From an uncultured cyanobacterium (lineage in GTDB: Bacteria; Cyanobacteriota; Cyanobacteriia; Leptolyngbyales; Leptolyngbyaceae), in NCBI GenBank assembly GCA_963766075.1, contig CAVYAN010000026.1, positions 1 through 64,000 of the forward strand: DNA of 64,000 nucleotides, read 5' to 3'. Each line of letters opens with the position of its first letter. The stretch's first letter is position 1. Position numbers and translations under genes: made by a program. Of this stretch, positions 28,558-40,155 are shown one piece after another. The notes beneath the pieces are model-generated. The model made no database searches. It had not been told where the DNA came from and was given only the letters and a program-made list of their open reading frames with translations.

Positions 28558-30204
28558 ATGGGTGTGCGATCGCAATTGCCATTTGGCAACAGTCGGCAAG
28601 CAGAAATCATTGAAGTCGTGGCGCGGAACGGCTGGGATTACTTTCGCAATCAACTGTCTCTGGATGCAAAACCCCAGGACTTTTCCCTGCCCCTACCCAA
28701 CGTTCTCAAACAAATTCTAATTGATCTGGGACCCACCTTTGTCAAACTAGGACAACTGCTCAGCACCCGTCCAGACTTACTCTCTCCCGACTATATCCAA
28801 GCTTTAGAAACCCTGCAAAGTGACGTCCCCGCCCTGCCGTGGAATGAAGTAGAGCCAATTCTGCGAGCGGAATTACAACAGCCATTAAATGCCGTATTCG
28901 CCGAAGTCGAGGCCCAAGCGATCGCAGCGGGTTCCCTAGGACAAGTCCACCGGGGACGTTTATTGAATGGCGAAGTCGTAGCAATCAAGATCCAACGCCC
29001 CGGCATCCAATCAATCATCGAGCGCGATCTCGACGTGCTGAGCGCCATTGCGGACTTTTTCAGTGGCGATAGCCTAGGTCAAGCCTATGATTTGCGAGGA
29101 TTGGTCGAGGAATTCCGAACCAGCATTTCTGGAGAACTTGACTTTCAACGGGAGGCACGCAATACTCTGCAACTCAGCCAAAACCTGAGTCACAGCAGCC
29201 TATGGCAGGCGGGACAGGTGATTGTACCCCGGGTGCATCCCGAAGTTTCCAGCCAGCGAGTGCTCGTGCTGGAATGGATTCAGGGCACTCGGTTACTGGA
29301 GACAGAGTTTTCCCTGCAACGGCGACAAGCCGTATCGGCGTTAGTGGTACAGGTGGTGATGCAGCAAATGTTTCTGAATCGATTTTTCCATGCTGATCCC
29401 CATCCCGGTAACTTTATCTACATTGACGAAGGAGATGATTTTAAGATTGCCATGATTGACTGTGGCATGGTGGCAACGCTCGATCCCCGGACCCAACGAA
29501 TCGTGACCGATTTAATTGTCGGCATTGTCTACGAACAGCCCAGGCAAGTCGCCCAAGCCGTGCGCGAATTGGGGTTTACTCGCCTAGAAGTGGACATTCG
29601 GGCCATTGAGTCTGCCTTTGATCGGCTGCTGCGCCGCTATTACACCCGCCCATTAAATGAAATTAAAATGACGGAACTGTTGAATGAGGCTCTGCGCATT
29701 CCTCGCGAAAACAAGATCCAAATGCCAGGAACAATTGGCCTGTTGGTCAAGGCGATCGCCAATGTCGAGGGTATCGCCCGCCGTCTCAATCCCCAATTTG
29801 ACTTTATTACCGTCGCCCGTCCCGTGGTGGAAAAATCACTCCAACAAAGGCTAATCAGCACTCAAACCTTACCCGAACTGGCGCGATCGTCACTGTATTT
29901 GTCCCAGTTGGTCCTGGATTTGCCGCAACGCGTAGATGTGCTATTAGATCGGCTGGAGCGATCGGAACTGGGGTTGAATTGGCGCTGGCGCGGACAAGAT
30001 GAATTTCAAAAAGTCACCCTGGCCACATCCCGGCGATTGCCTTTGGCGGTGTTGGCAATGGGCAGCCTGGTATCAGGAGCACTGCTGGCGATCGCCAGTT
30101 CCAGCAACGCCCCCATCTTTTCCCCACTGTGGAGTGAAGGGTTTTTGGCTGCGGGTGCACTCCTCGGGCTAGGGGTGCTTGTAGAACTTATCATCAGACG
30201 CTGA
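28558..30204 (+). CDS. ABC1/UbiB/AarF atypical kinase
   Basis: LGPTFVKLGQLLSTRPDL, AAGSLGQVH, VAIKIQRP, FHADPHPGN and IDCGM. Confidence 0.95.
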   Translation: MGVRSQLPFGNSRQAEIIEVVARNGWDYFRNQLSLDAKPQDFSLPLPNVLKQILIDLGPTFVKLGQLLSTRPDLLSPDYIQALETLQSDVPALPWNEVEPILRAELQQPLNAVFAEVEAQAIAAGSLGQVHRGRLLNGEVVAIKIQRPGIQSIIERDLDVLSAIADFFSGDSLGQAYDLRGLVEEFRTSISGELDFQREARNTLQLSQNLSHSSLWQAGQVIVPRVHPEVSSQRVLVLEWIQGTRLLETEFSLQRRQAVSALVVQVVMQQMFLNRFFHADPHPGNFIYIDEGDDFKIAMIDCGMVATLDPRTQRIVTDLIVGIVYEQPRQVAQAVRELGFTRLEVDIRAIESAFDRLLRRYYTRPLNEIKMTELLNEALRIPRENKIQMPGTIGLLVKAIANVEGIARRLNPQFDFITVARPVVEKSLQQRLISTQTLPELARSSLYLSQLVLDLPQRVDVLLDRLERSELGLNWRWRGQDEFQKVTLATSRRLPLAVLAMGSLVSGALLAIASSSNAPIFSPLWSEGFLAAGALLGLGVLVELIIRR

Positions 30205-30317
30205 CTCAGTAGTTTGCGACAATTCACCCATTGGATCATCTATTTTTCACAACGCTCTTAAACAATAAAAAACTGTAAGAGCGCAAATGTTCTCTTACAG
30301 TTTAAGCAGTTTGTTTA

Positions 30318-30430
30318 AGGAGATTTCTATGAAAGAATCTACCGACCCAGATTGCTTTCTTCGGCTCCGCTCAGGGAGCAATTTTCCGCTCGGCTGAGCG
30401 GAGTCGAAGCCAGCGGAGTCGAAGCAGCGG
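30318..30430. repeat. REP/MITE-like element, inverted relative of 55648-55747
   Basis: AGGAGATTTCTATGAAAGAATCTACCGACCCAGATTGCT plus CTCCGCTCAG / CTGAGCGGAGTCGAAG units. Confidence 0.7.
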
Positions 30431-30466
30431 TTAACGAAACAATGGTCTCGTCCCATACAGCCACAA

Positions 30467-32248
30467 TTAGACCATGTTGTGCACATCACTCTCAATCGAG
30501 TCAATGCCATTGACAAAGGGCAGGCTATCATCGACATTTTGGAGAATTGGGTTCACACTGGGGCGATCGAGCCGACTCTCATAGGCTCGGCTCGACAGGG
30601 GAGATGAGAATGATGACGTTTCTGCCCCACTCTCCCGGATCCCATTAACCGTGCTGCCGAGTAACACCAGGGGGTTGCCATTGTTAACGGACTGGCCCAC
30701 GTCCGAAACATGGCTGCGATTCTGTAAACTGTAATCCTGTAAGTGAAAGCGAACAACATTTTGAATATTAGCCACCCCCGGTGCTGATGTAGACAATGGG
30801 GCAGTTGCTGATGCCAACGAGGAATTGGGGCTGTTGCTGATAGATTCAATCGAGGGCCGCGAAGTGCTGGCATGACTCGCCATTTGCTGATCCAGGGTTT
30901 GGAATAAACCCTGCGGGTTAGAGACTCCACAGCGCCCACAGCCACACTGAAAACTGCCATCAGCAGACAATGTGTTGAACAGGCCCCGCTCTTCAAACAC
31001 TTGCGCGAGATTCTGTTGGGTCACCGTTCCCGTGGAACTGGGCGGGGCCACCCGAGTCAGGTCATAGACTTTGCTATTTTGCATCATGGTGTAAATCGCC
31101 TGATACTGGCCTTTAACCAGTTGCACCGGGGATGCATTGAGGTTGCTGCTGATCCAACTGGTGACGTTAAGACTCTGCAACGCTCGAGTTGCCAAAGATA
31201 GGTAAGCCTGGGTTTGCAGCGTAGACAAGTTGATGGTGGTGTTAATGCCCTTGGTGGCAACATCCCAACCAATCACATCGAACGCTTGCAAATCAATCCC
31301 AGAAATCGCTGAACGCGTGCCCGCTTTGAGAGTTGGGGCCATAATGCCTTCGGTACCGGCTTGCCAATGGCTGGCTTGAGAGCCATCTCCCTGTAATGCG
31401 AGGTTAGTCCCAGCAGAATAATTGGCGATCACCGTTCTTCCACCATCAATCGAGAAGAATTTCGACAACGTTGAGTCCCTCGTGCCGCCAATGGCTAAGT
31501 CAACCGCGCCATATCCGGCGGTTTCCTGGGAGTAGCGAAAGAAATCCATGGGATTCGCACTTTGGGCGCGTTGACTGAGATTGTTGTAGTAGGCGTTGTA
31601 GTTTGTCGTTATCAGGGAGGTGTTCAACCAACCCGGAGCGTCAACGCCACTGGTAAACCCTAAAATATGCCCAATTTCATGGATCGCCGTGCTGAGAAAG
31701 TCTAGGCTATTACTCGCGGCGGCACTTTTGCGGGTGTAGTCGTAGTTCCAGACAACGGAAGTTCCTGCAGCTGTCCGGGCGTTAGCCAGGTCACTGAATA
31801 GGATGTAGCCATCCAGAGCGGTAGTGCTAGTCGTTGTCGTACTATCGGGGTTCAGGCCGAGGGCTTTGGCATTGGCCCGGGTCAGATTCAATTGGGTGCT
31901 TTGATAGTTGAAGCCATAGCCCACTTCATTATTGTCCATTGACCACGTACAAAACCAGGAATTGCCAGCGGTCGAGCTGCCCTTAAGATTCTGGATTGCG
32001 GTTTGGTCATCGGTGGATTTAGCATCGGCTTTGAGGCGCGAGTAGAAGTCGGCGTAGCTGGCTTGAGCTTTGATTCCCGGCAGGGCTCCACCGATAACAT
32101 TGCTGGCAAGACTGCTGGAAACCCCCACCTGGAGATTAATCGTCACGTTGTCGGTGAGGTAGGTCGCCCAAACGCGACCCGCGATCTCAAAACCGATCAT
32201 TTGCTGCACGGTTGTGCCTGGATCGAATGTGAAGTTGAAAGTGGCCAT
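30467..32248 (-). CDS. Zinc metalloprotease, array copy 4 (NF038122-like)
   Basis: MATFNFTFDPGTT start, DFLSTAIHEIGHILGF, ASHW, IMAP Met-turn and FDVIGWD. Confidence 0.88.
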   Translation of the reverse strand: MATFNFTFDPGTTVQQMIGFEIAGRVWATYLTDNVTINLQVGVSSSLASNVIGGALPGIKAQASYADFYSRLKADAKSTDDQTAIQNLKGSSTAGNSWFCTWSMDNNEVGYGFNYQSTQLNLTRANAKALGLNPDSTTTTSTTALDGYILFSDLANARTAAGTSVVWNYDYTRKSAAASNSLDFLSTAIHEIGHILGFTSGVDAPGWLNTSLITTNYNAYYNNLSQRAQSANPMDFFRYSQETAGYGAVDLAIGGTRDSTLSKFFSIDGGRTVIANYSAGTNLALQGDGSQASHWQAGTEGIMAPTLKAGTRSAISGIDLQAFDVIGWDVATKGINTTINLSTLQTQAYLSLATRALQSLNVTSWISSNLNASPVQLVKGQYQAIYTMMQNSKVYDLTRVAPPSSTGTVTQQNLAQVFEERGLFNTLSADGSFQCGCGRCGVSNPQGLFQTLDQQMASHASTSRPSIESISNSPNSSLASATAPLSTSAPGVANIQNVVRFHLQDYSLQNRSHVSDVGQSVNNGNPLVLLGSTVNGIRESGAETSSFSSPLSSRAYESRLDRPSVNPILQNVDDSLPFVNGIDSIESDVHNMV

Positions 32249-32283
32249 AATAGTTAAGAGAGAAATTTTAGGCAGGATGTGGA

Positions 32284-33945
32284 CTAGAACAGGGTGAGGC
32301 TGCTGAACAGCAGTTCATCAGTGCCAGCAGGGAAATTACGGGATGGGGCGGCATCGGTCATTTCTGGAGAACACGTTGAGTAAGGCAGCCCACTGTCATA
32401 GGCGCGGAAGCTGACAGCAGACTCGTTCCCCAATTGAACTGCCGCATTCTGAGATTCCACCACCGTCTGAGCCAAGACTTCAATGGTGATCGGTTGCGGG
32501 CTGGTGCGAGGTGCAGGCAAGTCTACGGTGAGATTTGATTGATAGAACTGGGCGATTTTTGTAGTGGCAGCGATCGCACCTGCTGTATTCAACAGTTGGG
32601 GAGTGCTGGCAGCAGGATTGGTGAAATGGCGATCGCTGGCGATGTCACCGGCTACGGTGATCGGGAGTAAGCTGGAACCGTCATCACTGAACCCATCTAG
32701 CTCATCAACCGTGGAGAACAAACTGCGCTGCTGAAACACCTGAGCAAAGGTTTGACGGGTGGTCGAAGGAGTCGAACTAGGGGGCGTGACACGGGTCATG
32801 TCATAGATCGAGCTGTTTTGCATCATGGTGTAGATCGCCTGGTCGTTATTGACCACCAGTTGCGTCGGCGAGGCGTTGTAGTTGCTGACAAGCCACAAGG
32901 GGTTGCTACTCTGTCCCGCACGCGCGGAAAGAGATTGCCCTGCCTGAAGTAGCAGTGTTGGGAGGCCAAGCGTGGTGTTGGCACCGGTGGAAGCAACATC
33001 CCAGCCGATCACATCTAGGGCGCGCAAATCGACGGACTCCATACTGCGCCGCTGCCCCAGCGTGAGTGTGGGGTTCATCATACCCGTCGTGCCGTTGTTC
33101 CAGTGGCTAGCTTGATAGCCATCGCCGGTGGCGGTGGTGTCGAAGCCGGTGGCAAATTGGGCAATGGAGGTCTTGCCTCTGTCGAGTGAGAAGAATTTGG
33201 CTCCCCCGGCATTGCCATAAGTCATATCACCCAGCAACCTGGTGCTTGATGTTGACGAGTAGCGAAATAGATCCAGGGGATTCGTGTATGCAGTCCGATT
33301 CATAGACCCCAGCAGGTAGTTGGTGTCCATGAGGGTTGACATCGCCAACCAGCCGGGCTGGTCAACCCCGCTGACAAAACCTAAAACATGGCCAATTTCA
33401 TGAATCGCTGTACTGAGAAAGTCTAGGGTATTGCTGGCTTGAGCGCCGATGCGGGCGTAGTCGTAGCTCCAGCTGATGGGCTGGTTGTTGACAGTGGCGG
33501 TGGACAGATCGCTAAATAAAATGTAGCCATCTAGGGCGGTGCTGCCATCGCTGAAGCTGAGGCCCGCCGCTTTGGCCACGGCACGGGTCATGTTGAGAAT
33601 TAGGCTGGATACCGAGAGTACGCCGGTGCCACCGACTGGGTCCTGATACTGATACCCAACACTATAGGTTGTGCTTGTGGATAGCGTACTGACGGCGGCG
33701 TTGTCGTCTGCCGATTTGCGATCCGCAGACAGAGCAGCGCGGTAATCGCTATAGCTTTGATTGGCACGCATTCCAGGGAGGGCACCCCCAATCACGTTAC
33801 TGCCGAGGGTACTGGAAACTCCGACCTGCAGGTTGATGGTGACGTTATCCGTGAGGTATTTGGCCCAGACACGACCCGCGGTCTCAAAGCCGAGCATTTG
33901 TTGCACCGTGGTGCCGGGGTCAAAGGTGAAGTTAAAGGTTGCCAT
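32284..33945 (-). CDS. Zinc metalloprotease, array copy 3 (NF038122-like)
   Basis: Same N-terminus, HEIGHVLGF, ASHW, MMNP and LDVIGWD. Confidence 0.88.
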   Translation of the reverse strand: MATFNFTFDPGTTVQQMLGFETAGRVWAKYLTDNVTINLQVGVSSTLGSNVIGGALPGMRANQSYSDYRAALSADRKSADDNAAVSTLSTSTTYSVGYQYQDPVGGTGVLSVSSLILNMTRAVAKAAGLSFSDGSTALDGYILFSDLSTATVNNQPISWSYDYARIGAQASNTLDFLSTAIHEIGHVLGFVSGVDQPGWLAMSTLMDTNYLLGSMNRTAYTNPLDLFRYSSTSSTRLLGDMTYGNAGGAKFFSLDRGKTSIAQFATGFDTTATGDGYQASHWNNGTTGMMNPTLTLGQRRSMESVDLRALDVIGWDVASTGANTTLGLPTLLLQAGQSLSARAGQSSNPLWLVSNYNASPTQLVVNNDQAIYTMMQNSSIYDMTRVTPPSSTPSTTRQTFAQVFQQRSLFSTVDELDGFSDDGSSLLPITVAGDIASDRHFTNPAASTPQLLNTAGAIAATTKIAQFYQSNLTVDLPAPRTSPQPITIEVLAQTVVESQNAAVQLGNESAVSFRAYDSGLPYSTCSPEMTDAAPSRNFPAGTDELLFSSLTLF

Positions 33946-33983
33946 GATGATGTAGAAAGAGTAGGGAGTAAAGAGTATTTGGA

Positions 33984-35683
33984 CTAGATTGCGGTGAGGC
34001 TGGCGATTGACAGGTCATCCAAGGCAACGGGGAAATCACTGGGCTTGCGAGTGGCAGTTGGGGCGGAGAAGCGGGTGGGACGAGGCAGTCCGCTATCGTA
34101 GGCGCGGGTGATGAAGGCGCGATCGCCCTTCGATTGAATGCCGGCATTCTGGGGTTCCACCACTGTCCGCGCTGAAACGTCGATGGTGATTTCTGGTAGG
34201 ATGGTGTGGGGCGCGGATGAGTCTACGGTGAGATTTGTTTGGTAGAAGCGGGTGATTTTTGTATGTCTGAGATTGTGCCTGCCGTATTCAACAAGTTGGG
34301 AGTACTGGAGACAGAAGCAGTGAATGTGCTATCTCCAAGGATTTCACCGCTACGGAGATCGAAGGCTGGGCCGATTTCCTGAGTCGATAGGTCTGAAGCA
34401 TCAAACGTATCAAACAAACCCCGCTCCTGAAACGCCTGTGCCAAGACCTGTCGGCTCACCCATCCCGTTGAGCTTGGTGCCGCAATCCGAGTCAGGTCAT
34501 ACACACCGCTGTTCTGCATCATGGTGTAGATTTCCTGATCTCGATTCTTTGATAGACTGGTTGCCGCCGTGGTGGCATTGGTATTGAGCCAAGAGACTGT
34601 CTTTCCTAGGCGAGTAGCCAGTGCTTGCTGGGACTGCGTTGCCAGGGCTGTGTAGTTGACGGATAGGGAACTGTTGGAATTGACATCCCAACCCAACACA
34701 TCAAATATCCGCAGATCGGTTTGAGTGATGGATTTCTGTTGTTGCACACTCAGAGTGGGACTCATGATGCTGTTTGTTCCAGCCTGCGTGTGACTGGCTT
34801 GATAGCCATCGCCCCACTGCCACCCGTCACTCATGACACTGGTCTGTGCTCCTGTGGCGAGTTCAGCCAAGGAGGTTCGTCTGCCATCAATCGAAAAATC
34901 GGCTACATCACCATAGGTAAAATTGGGCAGTCTGTCCGTTGAATCAGTCCACCACATATTGTGACGATAGAAATCCATCGGCGTGGTGTAGCGGAGGCGA
35001 GATTCGTTGATTTGCCGAGCTGTTTGATTGGAAAGATTCGAGCCATAGATAGTAGAGATGTCAAAGGGCTGATCCTGGCCACTGATGAAGCCCAACACAT
35101 GACCAATTTCATGGATTGCCGTACTCAAGAAATCCAGCGTATTACTGGGAGGTGTGCTGCCAGTACGGGCATAGTCATAGTTCCATCGCACCGAAGAACC
35201 GGCCAGATCACCGAACAGAATCACGCCATCTAAGGCGCTACTAGCTCCGGTAGTCGTAATTCCTAGGGCTTTGGCATTAGCCCTGGACAAATTCAGGGTC
35301 TGACTGGTGAGCTGATCCCAGTAAACTGTCTTCCCAGACCCATTGTCATTTGCTGATTGGACCCAGCTTTTAAAGAAGGGCGATCGCCCAGTGGCTTGGT
35401 ATTCGGCGGGGTTCCAGTAGAGGTTGCTGTAGGCCGTGTTGTCATCTGCGGATTTGCGATCTGCGGCGAAGCGATCGCGATAGGTTTGGTACTGCACATT
35501 GGCTTGAATTCCTGGCAAGGCACCGCCAATGACATTAGTACCTAAGCTGCTGGAAACCCCAGCATGGATATTAATGGTGGTGTTATCGGTGAGATAGGAA
35601 GCCCAAACTCGGCCAGCGATTTCAAAACCAACCATTTGCTGGAGCGTAGTACCAGGATCAAAGGTGAAATTAAAGGTTGCCAT
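33984..35683 (-). CDS. Zinc metalloprotease, array copy 2, frameshifted in the tail near 34262
   Basis: HEIGHVLGF, ASHT and IMSP. The ORF track stops at 34223, but the paralogous tail (TKITRFYQTNLTVD...RAYDSGL...DDLSIASLTAI) continues in another frame to TAG 33984-33986. Confidence 0.8.
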
Positions 35684-35721
35684 GATGATGTAGAAAGAGT
35701 ACGGAGTAAAGCGTATTTGGA

Positions 35722-37399
35722 TTAGATTGCGGTGAGGCTGGCTAACAATAGGTCGTCGTTGGCAACTGAGAACTCACTGAATTCGGCGGTGATAGATGGG
35801 GATGTAAGCGAGGTGAGGTAAGGCAACTCACTGCTATAGGCACGCGGACTGGAAGCGAGGTTGCCTCCCAGTTGAACTTGTACAGTCGGGGATTCCACCA
35901 TTGCTTTGGCTGCAAATTCAACGGTGATTGTTTTTAAATGGGTAGAGGGCGTAGAGATGTCTGCGGTGAGGTTTTCTTGATAGATTTGGGTGATTCTTGT
36001 AGTGGCAGCGATCGCGCCTGCCGTATTCAAGAGTTGGGGAGTGCTGGCAGCAGGATTGGTGAATTGGCGATCGCTAACGATTTCGCCAGAGACGGCGATC
36101 GGGAGTAGTTCTGCACTGTCCTCATTGCTAAACCCATCTAACTCATCCACCGTGGAAAACAACCCGCGCTCCTGAAACGCCTGCGCGAAGGATTGGCGGG
36201 TAGTCGAATCTGTCGAACTGGGTGCAGCGATGCGAGTCAGGTCATAGATCAAGCTGTTTTGCAGCATGGTGTAAATTGCTTGGTCGCGGTTGGCCACCAG
36301 TTGAATCGGCGATGCGGTGAGGTTACTGGCAAGCCACAGGGGGTTGGCGCTTTGGCCAGCGCGGCTGGCCAGGGATTGCCCCGCCTGAAGGGCCAGCGCC
36401 GGTAAGTCAATCGGGGTGCTGGTGCCTGTAGAAGCTACATCCCAGCCGATCACATCCAAAGCCCGCAAATCGATGGATGCTACAGTGCGCCGCTGCCCCA
36501 GGGTGAGCGTGGGATTCATCATGGCAGTAATGCCGTTTTTCCAGTGACTGGCTTGATAGCCGTCGCCCGTCGCCGTGGTATCTAAGCCCGTGGCAAATTG
36601 GGCAATAGCGGTCTTTCCTTGGTCTAGGGAGAAGAATTTGGCTCCTCCAGCATCGCCATAGGTCATGTCATTCAGCGGTAGCAGCGATAGCATTGATGCG
36701 CTGCTTTTTGACGAATAGCGAAATAAATCCAGGGGATTGGTGTACTGAGTCCGATTGAGCATCCCCAGCGTGTAGCTTAGATCCAGGGAGCTTGACATGG
36801 CTAACCATCCGGGCTGGTCAACCCCACTTACAAACCCCAGTACATGGCCAATTTCGTGAATAGCCGTGCTCAGAAAATCCAGCGTGTTGCTGGCTTGGGT
36901 AAAGCTGCGGGTGTAGTCGTAGCTCCAGCGGACGGGCTGATTATTGGCCGTGGTGTTGGCCAGATCGCTAAATAAAATGTAGCCATCCAGGGCCGTACTG
37001 CCATCACTCAGGCTGAGGCCCGCTGCTTTGGCCACAGCACGGGTCATATTGAGGCTCGAGGCCGCCATACTCGAGACAGTGGTGCCACCCAACAGGGTTT
37101 GAGATTGAACTCCGACGTTGTAGGTTACTAGGTCTAGTGTTTTAACGGCGGCGGTATCGTCTGCAGATTTGCAGATCGGCAGACAGTGCTGTGCGGTAAT
37201 CGAAATAGTTTTGAGAAGCCCGCATCCCAGGGAGGGCACCGCCAATAACCTTATTGCTCAGGCCACTGGACACTCCGACTTGGAGATTGACGGTGACGTT
37301 ATCCGTTAGATATTTGGCCCAGACGCGACCAGCGATTTCAAAGCCTAGCATTTGCAACACAGTGGTGCCGGGATCAAAGGTGAAGTTGAAGGTTGCCAT
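35722..37399 (-). pseudogene. Zinc metalloprotease, array copy 1, split by a +1 frameshift near 37173 (or a sequencing error)
   Basis: ORFs 37142..37399 and 35722..37245 join into one paralog if one base is removed (GAT C[T]GC AAA versus GAT CGC AAA in copy 3). Confidence 0.78.
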
Positions 37400-37753
37400 G
37401 GTGGTGGAGAGTGCGTTAAGAGGGTTACGTTTTAACCGAGCATCTAAAGTATTAAATATTACTTATTTAGAATCGAGAGAATATTAGGAGCCTACTAAAA
37501 TCTTGGCATTATTATGGTCTACTGAAAATCTTAGCACCGCTGAATTCAGCTTAGAAAAGGCTTTTTCAGGAATTCATCTAGAATCTATGAGTTGAAGTTA
37601 TGATGAACCAACTCTTTGAATACTGAGTCTTAATACAATTAAAAATATAAAAACTATGCGTATATACACTGAATAATTTTGTCGGAATTGAAGGAATTTC
37701 GGGATTTTACGATCGCGCTTCCTGGTGCCATGACTTCTGGCTGGCTGGCCACC

Positions 37754-37769
37754 GTTCGGGAACCCGTAC
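37754..37769 (+). promoter_or_regulatory. K-box upstream of groESL
   Basis: GTTCGGGAACCCGTAC matches GTTCGGNNANCCNNAC. Confidence 0.85.
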
Positions 37770-37808
37770 CCTGGGGAAAGTTGCATTGGGACTGAAGAGT
37801 TCGGTAGA

Positions 37809-37835
37809 TTAGCACTCGGAGGGTGAGAGTGCTAA
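37809..37835 (+). promoter_or_regulatory. CIRCE (HrcA operator)
   Basis: Perfect TTAGCACTC-N9-GAGTGCTAA; TTGCAT (37781) and TAGATT (37805) promoter boxes just upstream. Confidence 0.97.
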
Positions 37836-37957
37836 GTCACTCAATCGTCCTGAATCCTCCGGTAAAGTTTCTGGAAGTGGCTCTGTAATTTCGGCAGGGT
37901 CCTCTCTGGAAGCGGTTCTGAGAAGTTTTGACCTGCTAGTTTGGAGAATTGATTGAT

Positions 37958-38269
37958 ATGGCAGCCGTAACACTGAGTGTTTCTAATGTGAGTCCGTTGG
38001 GCGATCGCGTGTTTATCAAAGTCAGCGTCGCCGAAGAAAAAACCGCTGGTGGCATTCTGTTGCCCGACGGTGCTAAGGAAAAGCCCCAAATCGGCGAAAT
38101 CGTGGCTGCTGGGCCCGGTAAGCGCAATGACGACGGCACCCGCCAAACCGTTGATGTAAAAATCGGCGACAAAGTGCTGTATTCCAAGTACGCCGGTACC
38201 GACATCAAGCTCGGCATGGAAGAGTATGTGCTGCTGTCTGAAAAAGACATCTTGGCAGTAGTTTCCTAG
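37958..38269 (+). CDS. groES: Co-chaperonin GroES
   Basis: [17 protein letters not shown] and VLYSKYAGT. Confidence 0.98.
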   Translation: MAAVTLSVSNVSPLGDRVFIKVSVAEEKTAGGILLPDGAKEKPQIGEIVAAGPGKRNDDGTRQTVDVKIGDKVLYSKYAGTDIKLGMEEYVLLSEKDILAVVS

Positions 38270-38328
38270 GTTAGGCCCCAGGAGATTCGCGATTGGCTTG
38301 ATTTATATCGATCTATTTGTGGATCTAG

Positions 38329-40017
<1,689 letters not shown>

Positions 40018-40106
40018 CGTCGATCTCTTTGATCTCTTCGAGTTCTATAGAGGTGTTCCGGCGGAACGCCTCTACGGGAGTCTTGAGCCGATGGAGTTAC
40101 TTGATG

Positions 40107-40145
40107 GCGATCGCACTTCCTTTGGGAAGGGGCGATCGCTTTTTT
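40107..40145 (+). terminator. Intrinsic terminator after groEL
   Basis: Hairpin GCGATCGCACTTCC-TTTG-GGAAGGGGCGATCGC followed by T6. Confidence 0.75.
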
Positions 40146-40155
40146 AGGGCCAATT

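Noticed and set aside
30467..37399. Diversity-generating retroelement behind the protease variation
   Set aside because: No reverse transcriptase in the window and no template/variable repeat pair with adenine-specific differences; variation includes indels across whole segments.
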